A stretch of 64,000 nt of DNA, taken from positions 1,238,598-1,302,597 of the forward strand of contig CAJFCJ010000011.1 of NCBI GenBank assembly GCA_904063045.1. Direction: 5' to 3'. This document shows positions 1 through 11,091 of this stretch, piece by piece. The translations under genes were made by a program, and so were the position numbers. Source of the stretch: Dimorphilus gyrociliatus. Taxonomy: Eukaryota; Animalia; Annelida. Below the pieces are notes generated by a model. The model searched no databases. It was not told the origin of the DNA and worked only from the letters and a program-made list of their open reading frames with translations. Positions within the stretch are counted from its first letter, which is position 1, and each line of letters opens with the position of its first letter.

Positions 1-2
1 TA

Positions 3-935
3 AATCATTACAATTTAGTTTATTTAAGTCTCGAAGATAACAATATTCAAACATTGTCAGTAGAGAAGAGAAATTGTCTAATGAAGAAAATACAACATCT
101 AAATCTTAAAGATAATCCATTAGATAATATTGAAAGGGAATTTTTTAAATGCTTTAAAACTCTATTAAATCTTGATCTATCTAACGCAAAACTAAATGCA
201 ATTGCTAAAGATACTTTTATTGGATTAGAGAATTTAAAGAGAATAGTAATATTGAATAGTAGAATATCAAGTATTGATGATAATGCATTTCTTCCATTTC
301 AAAATCTTAATACTCTACATTTAAATGGAACTATATTTTTAAGTAAATTGCCAATTTCAATGGCTAATTACTTGCCAAAATTGAAATATTTCTATAGTAA
401 TTTCTTTCTATTGTGTTGTATGACAAAGAAAATTTCCAAAACATTAATTCAATGTTCACCGTCGACTTCTCTTATTAAATCATGTTCCCATTTGTTAGGA
501 TTTTTAATCTTAAAGATAGTTATATGGTTTATAGCTTTATCTTGTCTATTTGGTAATTTGATTGCATTATATTTAAAAGTTGCTTATTTCAAAAAATCCA
601 TTCATATTTGTTTTATTGGATTAACAATTTCCGATTCAATTACTGGACTTTATCTACTCGTATTAGGTTCAGTTGATAGATATTTCGGTTCGGAATATAC
701 TAAAAACGATATGTTATGGAGAAATAGTACTTTATGTAAAATATCTGGTGTTTTCTTAAATACAGCTCTATTAGCTTCAAATTTATTTATGGTAGTTATA
801 ACTATGGATAGGTTAATTATTATAAAATATCCATTTAAAAGATATTACTTAAGCACTATAAATTCCATTTTAATTACATTCTTCGTTTTTGCTCTTTCAA
901 TAATATTATCAATAATTCCATTAATAATAACATCT
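3..935 (+). CDS. GRL101/LGR-like LRR-GPCR (locus A), partial: LRRs, hinge and TM1-TM4; 5' part lies outside the window
   Basis: Frame is open from base 3 (NHYNLVYLSLEDNNI...). LRRs (LNLKDNPL, LDLSNAKL), hinge LCC...C...C, TM1 GN, family motif WRNSTLCKISG and TMDRL at the end of TM3. GT donor at 936 after TM4, the same intron position as in locus D. No TM5-7 exon found downstream. Confidence 0.88.
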
Positions 936-986
936 GTAAGTTTTGATATTTTTCAATCTTTCAATACTTTTATCTTTTATTATTAA

Positions 987-3900
987 TTTTTTTTAAAATT
1001 TATAATAATCCTTATTAAATTAACTAAAATTTGCTTTGTTTATTGTTCTTTAAATGAGAATTCTGTCTTTAGTAGTCGCCAATTAAATATTAATCTAACT
1101 AGTCTATTAAGGGAAGATCAAGAAGGAACAACAGCATTGTTATCCGGATGGATAGATGGAGAAGAATATTTTATTGATGAGGAAACAACAAAGTATACTA
1201 TAGGATATAAGGCATACGCTATGTTTAACTACGAATTTCGAAGTTTAATATGTAAATCGAATGGATACGATAGTTATTTTCATTATTTAACTACATTACC
1301 AAACATGAAAGGTATACAATATTTAAATTCTAACGGATGTTACACCTTGAACTTTGAATTTTAAAAAAGTTAATAGAATTTTAATACCGTTTTGTGAAAG
1401 GAAATTTTGGAAAACCTGCGGATTGTTGGTTAAAAATATTTAATTATAAGAATATTTAATATTCAAATTAGTCAACTTTTAGTAAAATTCAATACAATGA
1501 TAGAATATCTGAAAAAAGTCTTGTAGCATTAAAATGCTTTAAAATATCTAACGGATGTAAATATATGATAAAACAAGATATTCTTTCTTCTCTTAATAAT
1601 AACAACTTCAACAGATCTTTTCCATATGATGGGCTACAATAAATTTATTCCTAGATATAAAACTTGCTATAGAATTAACAATGAAATATATTTAATATGT
1701 CCGACATCGTCAAAATTTACTTCGATTTGCGATAATGTTCATCAATTAGACTATTTTTACGGTAAACAACCGTTAAATAAAACATTTTGCTTTGATTTAT
1801 ACAATTATAAATTGAATAAATCAAATCCTGGAACGATTATCCGCAATAGTTTTTCCTGTTTTCGACGAAATTATATTGTTCATCCAAGTAAGTTGATAAC
1901 ATTTTACTTATATTTATTAATATAATATCAATATATTGTATATCTATCTACATAAAGAATTTAAACTTGAAAGACTTGAAGCTTATTTCTTTAAATATAA
2001 ATTTAAAGAAAGATCACCTTTTCAATTGACTCCGCTTGTTACAACTACTTTTGGTCCTCAAGTAATCAACTTTCAAAGGAATGAATCCATTTTACGAATA
2101 GCATCTTTAACCTGTTCATATTTTTCAATGAAACTTGAACAAACACTTCCTAATCTTTGTAAATCAAACAAAATAATAAACTATTTTGTTTCTATTGCTG
2201 TTAAGGAACTTATTTTCGTTTGCGATTCTAAAGCAAAAGCTTTAGACGATTGCTCTATGAGACCTACGAATATTGGCGAAAAACTTTTAGCAATTTGCTC
2301 TTTAACTTGCTTACCAATTAACAATCGATCAGAAGCCTGTTGTTAATTAATTCGAATTATAAAAACCTATTAAAAAACAGTATATTATTCTTTTACCGTT
2401 TATTTTAGATAATGAATTATCTCTACTAACATTAAATAAGACTATTATTGATAAAATTTCAATGCAATTTTATCCTACTATCAATTCCCAATTGGTTATT
2501 TTATCAAATAATTTATGGTATTTTGTTGATATTCCTTATTTGGACTATTTCCATGGAAAAGTTTGTCTATATTTATAGAATTTCTATTATTAATTAATTT
2601 ACTTAATTAACAAAATTATTATATAAAATATTAGATTATCTGCAAATACTTTGGATACGATTTTGCTGGCTATTCTTATCAAAATAGTAGTATAAATATC
2701 TTTAGCGAAATTCGTTATAGATTATATTGTCTGGAAAATTCAACTGATCTACTGCAATGTAAATTCATAAGATTAAAGGACGGAAACAATCAACTCTACT
2801 TTAAATATTTTCTTAGCTGTTCATCTCTTCCTATTTTTAATCGTAAATATGATCATATTCCATCATATATGAGAAATGTTCAAGTTTCTTATTGTATCTT
2901 AGATTGTCTATATAAGAATAGTTATACTTTTAATAGTAAATGTTATACAAAACATCACGTCCCGGAGAGAATTACACAAATTCAAGCGGAAAAAGTATGT
3001 AAGAAAATGAATGGTACCCTCGTTACAATTGATACAGAGGATGAAAAAACAGTTTTATCATTAATAACTAGATCAGAAAAGAATACAAAATTTGGTATAT
3101 ATGTATATATATTGTATATATCTTGCATTTACACGTAATTCTTATTACTTTAGGTGGAGATCAGAACTTTTATGATCCAGTACCAATAGGTTAATCTTTA
3201 TATATATATATAATATGGGTATTAATACTCTTAATTGGTTTCAAGGAATTACAATACAGAAGAATTCCAATAATATTTCATTTTTAGCTAGTACATTCAA
3301 ATATCCACTCTATCTTATTTTTTCACATTCCACTAGCATATTCAGGTTTATCTTTGTCTTATTTTCTCTTAACACACTCTATTAATCTTCCATTAAAATG
3401 TAAAGGGAGGAAAATTCAGATTCGTGTTTCGATATCTATTCAAATCATATTGAAAATATGTTTGATTGGGATCATACAATCGGTTGTACATTTTTTATGA
3501 AAAATCGCTATTTTTCCCAAGATTGTAATTTCAAGAGTTATGAATCATTCATTTGCGAATACAGACGTAGTGAGACTTTTTTTCTCTTTTCTTCTCTTCT
3601 TCATTAATTTCCAAACTAGATTCGAAAAACAATCAAATACAAACTAATTCAATTAACGATATCTTATCGGAGAATTATCATAACTGTTCAAATTCAATGT
3701 TTAAATGTATACCTGAAAATTATTGCATAAGTCAGTTAAGTTTTTGCGATGGTATAGTTGATTGTTCTAGTGGAAATGATGAAGAAAATTGCGATTTTAA
3801 TGAAAAATATCAATGTCTAAATTCTGAAGAAATAAATTTACAGCACGTTTGCAATCACGTAAAAGACTGTTCGAATGGAGAAGATGAAGAAAGTTGCTGT

Positions 3901-6900
3901 TTGTTGTCTTAAATATGAAATATATTTCATCTAAAATTCAAATATATCAATACATATATTCATTTAGCTTTCATTTGTAACCAACCAAACGAGTTAAGCG
4001 ACGACCTACATTTACCTTTTAAGATAAAATGACTATTCTAGACGTTTAGGTTTATGTGTAAGAATGGAGAATGCGTGAAATTGGAAGATGTTTGTAATAA
4101 CGAAAAAAATTGTATTGATTCAACAGACGAATTCTGTTCTGAACGTAAACTAGAAAATCAGATTAGAATGTTTGAATAATAAATAAAATAAAGATTCCTA
4201 TTCAGATTGCAGTGAGAAACAATTTCAATGCGGTATGAAATGTTTGAATAAAAGAAATTATTGCGATTCAAAGATTGATTGTTGGATAGAGGATTACGAG
4301 GAGAAAAGCGATTGTTTACAAAATAATAAACAGTAACTTTTTCTGGATGAGATTGATGGAAAACGTGATTAGGAGTAATAAAAGAGCTATTTCGACGATG
4401 TCTTTTCCATCACATCCACTTTCTCTCATAATTAATTATAGATAAATATTCTCTATGTTTATTCTTTACTTTAAATATAGAATTCTTACTTCGAATACCA
4501 CTTGTACGGAAAGCATTAAAGATAGAATGGTTAATAAATACTATGAGACGAATAAAAGATACTCGAAATGTAGAATTATCTACGATTCAATGGGTTTATT
4601 ATTAACAAAACCTCATTTTCCTTTTGATGATTTAAAGAATTGTTTGAATCATAAATGCCTTGTTGGTGAATATAAATGTAAAGAGTCTGGCTATTGTATT
4701 CCAATTCAGTATGTATGCGACGATATAAAACATTGTTTATTAGCTGACGATGAGCGTGATTGCGGTAGTTGTACATTTATTTGAATATACTATATACAGT
4801 ATATACAATATATATTTATATATATTTATATAGAAAACTATTCACCAGCTGGCTTTTTCAAATGTTCCCGCCAAAAAATGTTTCTAAATTTCAGTCAAAT
4901 TTGCGATAATAAAGTAAATTGTTTCTATGGTAGTGATGAGAATTTTTGCGAATATTCCGCTAATTGTCCAATATATTGCGATTGTAAAAGAAAATATCAA
5001 ATATCTTGTAAATTTCCCAGCAGTTTTACAAATAATTCAATATTTTATAATTTCCAAAGATTAATAGCAATTGAAGGAATGAATGCCAATAAGACTAATA
5101 CATATCAACCATCTTCAATGACTATATCATTGAAAATAACTTTATCAAACATTCAAGCTTTCCCATTAATTAATTATCCTAATTTAATTGGTTTAAACCT
5201 GTCTTTTAATGAATTAAAAACAATTAAAAATGTATTGAATATACCACTTAGAAAACTTCAATATTTCGATTTAAAATATAATAAACTACTTGAACTATAC
5301 GGATTAGAGTTTGTAAATATGATAAATCTAATAAATCTGGATTTATCATTTACAAATATTAAATATATAAATTCAAACACATTCAAAGGATTAACAAACT
5401 TAATAAAATTATCAATGACAAATTGCGTATTACAAACAATAGATTTGAATTCTATGAAACATATTCCAAATATAGAAATTATTAATATAAATAATACAAT
5501 TCTTCCTGTTCAACAAGCAATCAATTCAATGAAATATTTAAAAAATATAAGAACTTTATACGGAAATTATTACCATTTGTGTTGTATTAGTAAAAGATAT
5601 TCGTTATATTTAACTGAATGTATACCAACAATCAATCGATATAATTCTTGTTATAAGTTAATATATTCAAAGACAATAACTATTTTCGTATGGATTTATG
5701 CTATAACTGGAATAATTGGCAATATTATTAACATAGCATTTCAATTTAAACAAAATTTCTTTCGTACTAATCTATTTATACATCTTATTGATCTATCCTT
5801 TATATTAGATACATCTTATTACGTAACTATCAGTTTAATAGATAGTCATTACTCTGGAAAATATGGTGAAAATGAAATAATATGGAAACAGAGCTCCATC
5901 TGCCAATTACTTGGAATCCTATTTTCTCTATCTCAATTTTTATCAAGTCAATGTCTTCTCTATCTTATGATCATTGAATTATTTCATTATAGATCAAGTA
6001 CAACTCGTACACTTCAATTCGCTATTATAGCCTTTAGTTTTGCAATAATTATGTCAATTCTACCTAAAATAACAATGCAAACATTTAAAATAACATCAGA
6101 TTTCTGCTATACAACATTCTTTGTATTTTATTCATTTATTAATGGAAATATACTGAATATATTAAATTCATTAATATTCATAATATATTTTCTACAATTT
6201 ATTATAATTCTCTTTATGAATATTTATAAATTATATAAAGAAAATGAAATTCAAATGAACTCATTTAAATATTTATCACTTTTACCAAAATTAATATTCT
6301 TTTGGTTAAATTTCTTGATAATTGGTTTGTAATAAATAAAATTCTATTAAAATATTATTATTAATTAATTAACTATTCATTTATAGATATTAAAGTGATA
6401 TTAACTAATTATTCCTATTCTATAGATAATAGTTTATATATTAAGATATCAATACTGATATTAGGGTTTTTTTCATTATATAATTTAATATTATTTTCAA
6501 TAATAAGAATATTATCAGTTATTACTGAAGAAAAGATAAAAAGAAGAAATAAATTGTGATTTTTTAATATAAATAACATTCAACTGATTTGTTAATATTT
6601 CTTCTCTCTCTATCTTTTACAGAGAACAAAAATTTACTTCCTTTAAAATCAACAACAGAATTGAAGGTTAACTTTCTTTCAATTTTTCATTCAAACATTC
6701 AATTTTCATTTTTCAATAGTTTTGAACTCATTATCCACTTTACATCAATACTGTATTTGCTCTTGTTCAATATTGGATGAAATGATACCGTTATCTAATT
6801 TCAATTTAACAAATTTTCAATTAAATCATTCTGTTCCCTTCTTAAAGAAATTTCTTAAGAAATTAATACAATTACATAATAACGACCTTATTTTTCGAAA

Positions 6901-7120
6901 TATGCACTCATTTATACAAATTAGAGTAAATATAATAATTTAATAATATTAATAGAAAACTAGTTATTACATCTTTTTTTTAAAGAAAATATCGGATTGT
7001 TCATTTATTTATTATCTCAAGTCGGAGAATCTACAAAGAGTCAAATCGAAAGATGATATTGCCGATAATATTGAATCTATTGGATTTTTTATTAAAAAAT
7101 TGATTCAATTATCTCAATAA
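987..7120 (+). CDS. GRL101/LGR-like receptor (locus B): SRCR-like modules, C-type lectin, LDLa repeats, LRR, degenerate 7TM and kinase-like tail
   Basis: Signal-like stretch FIIILIKLTKICFVYCS from 987 (no ATG seen). SRCR-like exon 2635-2841 (ICKYFGY...LYCLENSTDLLQC). C-type lectin exon from 2903 (CY...QAEKVCKKMNGTLVTI). LDLa repeats ~3700-4960 (CDGIVDCSSGNDEENC). LRR plus 7TM in ORF 4878-6324. TM7 exon 6387-6555. Tail exons 6623-6666, 6720-6925 and 6986-7120 join in frame with GT-AG sites. Internal 5' exons are not fully resolved. Confidence 0.8.
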
Positions 7121-7202
7121 AATCATTAACGATCTCCTTAATTTTCAATTAAAGTAGAAATAATAAATTTTGGTTAGGAAAAAATGAAAAATAAAAAAGT
7201 TT

Positions 7203-7274
7203 AGGTCCCACCGAGATTTGAACTCGGATCGTTGGATTCAAAGTCCAAAGTGCTAACCGTTACACCATGGGACC
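7203..7274 (-). tRNA. tRNA-Gln-TTG: tRNA-Gln (TTG)
   Basis: Reverse complement GGTCCCATGGTGTAACGGTTAGCACTTTGGACTTTGAATCCAACGATCCGAGTTCAAATCTCGGTGGGACCT; 72 nt, anticodon arm TTGGA-CTTTGAA-TCCAA, T-run downstream. Confidence 0.97.
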
Positions 7275-7778
7275 ACGCTTATGCTTGTGTTAGTAAAATA
7301 GGTTCTTATTGAGGTTTGCGCTGTACTCTTATTCATTGATTTAAATAATGTGTATTATCTTCCCGATTTATTTTTAACATGCTATTTTCTATATAAAACC
7401 ATGTTAAACCTAAATATCATGGTTGTCAAGACTAAATTTTCTCTTTTGCTTCAAGACAAAAGACACAGTATCAAAATGGCGACAGAAAAAATCTATCAAG
7501 TCACATTTTTCGTAAAACTGGAAATGTATTAGTATTTCTTTAGCTTAAGCTTTTTATATTGTGTATACAATTTATATCCCACACTTTGAGAACTTGTCCG
7601 CCTTGCCGTACAATAGACAATATAGTATTGTTGCAACATTGACCTTGACCTTCGGTGGTAAATTTTTTTTTATTTTTCTTTAGAATTAATTATGCATTCC
7701 AAGACCAAAATGTTAAATTTGAACGTTATTCCTAAATGGTAAGATAAAGAAAAAATAAAAAAAGGAATATAAAAAACT

Positions 7779-7850
7779 AGGTCCCACCGAGATTTGAACT
7801 CGGATCGTTGGATTCAAAGTCCAAAGTGCTAACCGTTACACCATGGGACC
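7779..7850 (-). tRNA. tRNA-Gln-TTG: tRNA-Gln (TTG), identical second copy
   Basis: Same 72-nt sequence as 7203-7274, followed by a T-run. Confidence 0.97.
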
Positions 7851-8423
7851 TCACTTACAGGAACTGTTGAAAATTTACATTTTTTTCACAAACTAGATAA
7901 AATGACTTATAGACTGGTAAGGACGTACCGTCCATTTTACATTACGTAAAAAATTCATAAAAATTGATTCCTATTTGCTATTAGAGAATATGATTAACTT
8001 TTATATTAATTTTTATAATTTTTAATGAGTCACTTTAAGGTGTGCTAATTAGAAGGTAAACTAAACCTGTATATGTATTATTTTATACATTTAAGGATAT
8101 AATCTATGATGTTGAAAGCAAGAGAACACTCATTGATATTCTAGTAATTGAATGATATATGCTTGGCGGTTTATTTAGAATAGATGATAATATAACATAT
8201 TCTCTATTTATATCATAATTGTACTTGTTATACACATATACATACACATACAGAAGAAATTTTTTTTTGTTTTTTTTTATCATACCAACAAAATGGTGGA
8301 AATAAAAAAAAAATCCACTAGTTCCATTCGAAAAGTTTACTTTTTTCTTCAATTTAGAATGAAAAATCTTATTATTTCCATTAAATATTACTTCTCTTTA
8401 GACGGATTTTTCTTATATATACA

Positions 8424-8452
8424 ATATATACAGTATAATATACTGTATATAT
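8424..8452. repeat. 14-bp perfect inverted repeat with 1-nt spacer
   Basis: ATATATACAGTATA-A-TATACTGTATATAT, about 110 bp upstream of the GPCR ATG at 8563. Confidence 0.85.
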
Positions 8453-8562
8453 AAATATATTACTAATTACCTATACAAAGAAGTGACGTCATCCTATTGA
8501 TTTGCATATCGTAATAAAAGGAATACCCTTGAGTGACTTGTGAGAGAATCCATCTTTCCACG

Positions 8563-9665
8563 ATGATGTCAAATAGTTCGACAGATGAATGGAAAAGTTG
8601 CGAAATTTTCTCATATTTAATTGTCGGTATAGTTTGTTCTATTTTCAACGTGACTGGAATAATATTTAATATAATAGCAATTATAGCTTTAATGAGTGAA
8701 AAGAATAAATTAAGTACAACTTACCTTCTAATTGGTTTAGAAATTACGGATACAATTCTTCTAATAACTTTATGCTTAACTATTAGTTTCTTTGATTTAT
8801 TTAGGAGTACTGGACGAATTTTTAAAGTACAGTCTCCTTTGGATACCTATAACTATATTGATAGAATTTTTAAAGGATTTTCAACCCTTACTACCGGTTC
8901 GTTAATGGCTAGTTCGTGGCAAACTATAGTAATAACTTTTGAAAGATATATAGCAGTTTGCCGACCCCATAGTTCATGGAAATTAACAAAGAGAATGACA
9001 TTATGCATACAAATCGCTATTTTTATTGTTGCGACTGTAATAAATCTTGGTAGAAGTTGGGAGTATATGCCTATTTACGTTGAAGAAAACGATTTATGGT
9101 TATTTTCACCAACAAAACTGAAAAAGAAATTTGCGTACGAAGTTTACGTAACCGTTCAATATTGGGTCATTCAATTAATAGTACCAATTATTACAATATC
9201 GGTTATGACTGTTCTTATATTAAAGGTGAATAAATAGCAATTTTCTTAATATCTGCTAAAAAATATTAATAATTAATAATTGCTCATCTTTCTTCTTAGA
9301 AATTGAACACAAGTGTTCAAGGTCGAAGGATTGGATTAACAAAATCTCTATTAATCGTCAATATTGTTTTTATTGTAACTCAAATGCTCAATGGAATAAG
9401 AAGAATATTAGTTGCAGTTTTACCAAACTCTGAATTAATCGAGTGCGAAAAACCGTATAAATACGTGTTCGGCATTGGAGTGACTGCAATCTCTTTTAAT
9501 GCAGCTGCAAATTTTTTCATTTTTGTATTATACAATAAGCACTTTAGGAATCAACTTGACAAACTTTGGATGAGGTTAAGGTGTAAATATAATGAAATTG
9601 CAGACATAAGTTCTGGAGTAAAGATTAGTAAACGTAATATAGATACAACCAGCTCACAAACTTAA
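8563..9665 (+). CDS. Rhodopsin-class peptide-type GPCR (FMRFamide-receptor-like), two exons (8563-9225, 9300-9665)
   Basis: MMSNSSTDEW N-terminus, TM1 G..N, LEITD in TM2, FERYIAVCRP, TM7 NAAANFFIFVLYNKHFR. Phase-0 intron 9226-9299 keeps the frame. Confidence 0.9.
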
Positions 9666-10150
9666 TTAGCACATATGTAAACAATTCCATTCAATAGCAA
9701 TACATATATTCTTCATTTTAATGTATACTTTTAAAAAGACAGTTTTTTTTTACTGAATTCCTCAATTATTCTCTTATATAGGTGTGACAAAAATTTCTTT
9801 TTTATTTTTATGCCACCTCAGTTCATCTAGTTTATAAAAAAATCGATTTAAAGTATTGTTTTTCTCTTGTTCTTCGCTTGAAATTAAAGAACAAGTACTC
9901 CTTCTTTCTACTTTTTCAGTTTTTTATTATTATTCACAGTCTATTTCAATATAAAGTTTCTTTTTATAAATCAAAACACAAAATGTTCAAGAGATATTGT
10001 TAGTTTTAAAAGTTAATTTACAGGCAAATACAACTAAATTTGAAATTATGTTTGTTCATTCTCAATACAATGTAAGCATCATAAATGTCATATAACTTCA
10101 AGCAATGTTTGAGAACATCCGGATTTAAGGAAACAGTTAATTATTGTAAA

Positions 10151-10180
10151 TATATACAGTATATATATATATATATATAT
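10151..10180. repeat. (TA)n microsatellite interrupted by CAG
   Basis: tatatacagtatatatatatatatatatat. Confidence 0.85.
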
Positions 10181-10572
10181 TATATAATAATTAAAAGTAA
10201 AAATCCCCCAAAAATGTCTAGATAGCATATCTTCTCATGGCGTCTATCTAGTAATTCTAAATTGCAATTTTCAATTCAATAAAGGAATTTAAAGGAAAGA
10301 ATACAAGTCTTTGGTTCTAGATACTTTAGTTTTCAGCCTATAAATTTTCCGAAAAAAGAGATTATAGAGTGTTTTCCTGTCATTTGATTCACTATAATGA
10401 TAATGAAGAAAGTAAATGAATGGGCAATTCCGTGAGATCTACTCTTCAAACATTGAAATGGTATATTTGTAATAGTTGTAATACTGTACAGTCAGATGTG
10501 CTACAACGCTAAAATACTAGTAATTCAGATAGTAATTTTAATTATCTAAATCCTTAAAAATAGTATCAAGAA

Positions 10573-10668
10573 TCCCAGATGGTCTAGGGGTTAGGATTCC
10601 CGGCTTTCAAGAAGTTCATAATTCTTCAAAGGTCCCGGGCGGCCCGGGTTCGATTCCCGGTCTGGGAG
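10573..10668 (+). tRNA. tRNA-Glu-TTC: tRNA-Glu (TTC) with 24-nt intron (10610-10633)
   Basis: Exons identical to the intronless copies at 19655 and 20248; insert AGAAGTTCATAATTCTTCAAAGGT between positions 37 and 38; T-run downstream. Confidence 0.93.
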
Positions 10669-11091
10669 ATTAATTTTTTTATTTTTGCACTTCAATATCA
10701 ATACAGTATTACGTAATAATTGATAAAACATACTTATTCAATCGAAATAAACAAGCAATAATTGGTTGTGATAAAAAACCATATTAATGCTGTTAAACTA
10801 TGATATGTCATAGATCGATAGACAGTCCTCCCTCTTTTGATTATAGATAAAATATTAAATACTGGCAAGTTAAATGCCTGTTTGTTTCAAAAATTAAATG
10901 TTTCGTAATAAATACTATGATGGTTAGTAATAGCTGAATAGATTTTATAGGCTTTTAAAATTTGATGAAAGCCTATTATTCATGTTTTTCACCTAAAAGT
11001 ATTGAAAAGATAGAATATTGATCGTTAAATCCCTTCCTTGTATATGTTTAAGAAATAGTGAAGAGGAAGATTCAACATCTTTGATTAAGCT

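Noticed and set aside
7350-7532. Short ORF and AAAATGGCG (YY1-like) motif between the two tRNA-Gln genes
   Set aside because: No recognisable product or downstream exon; a single short motif is not enough.
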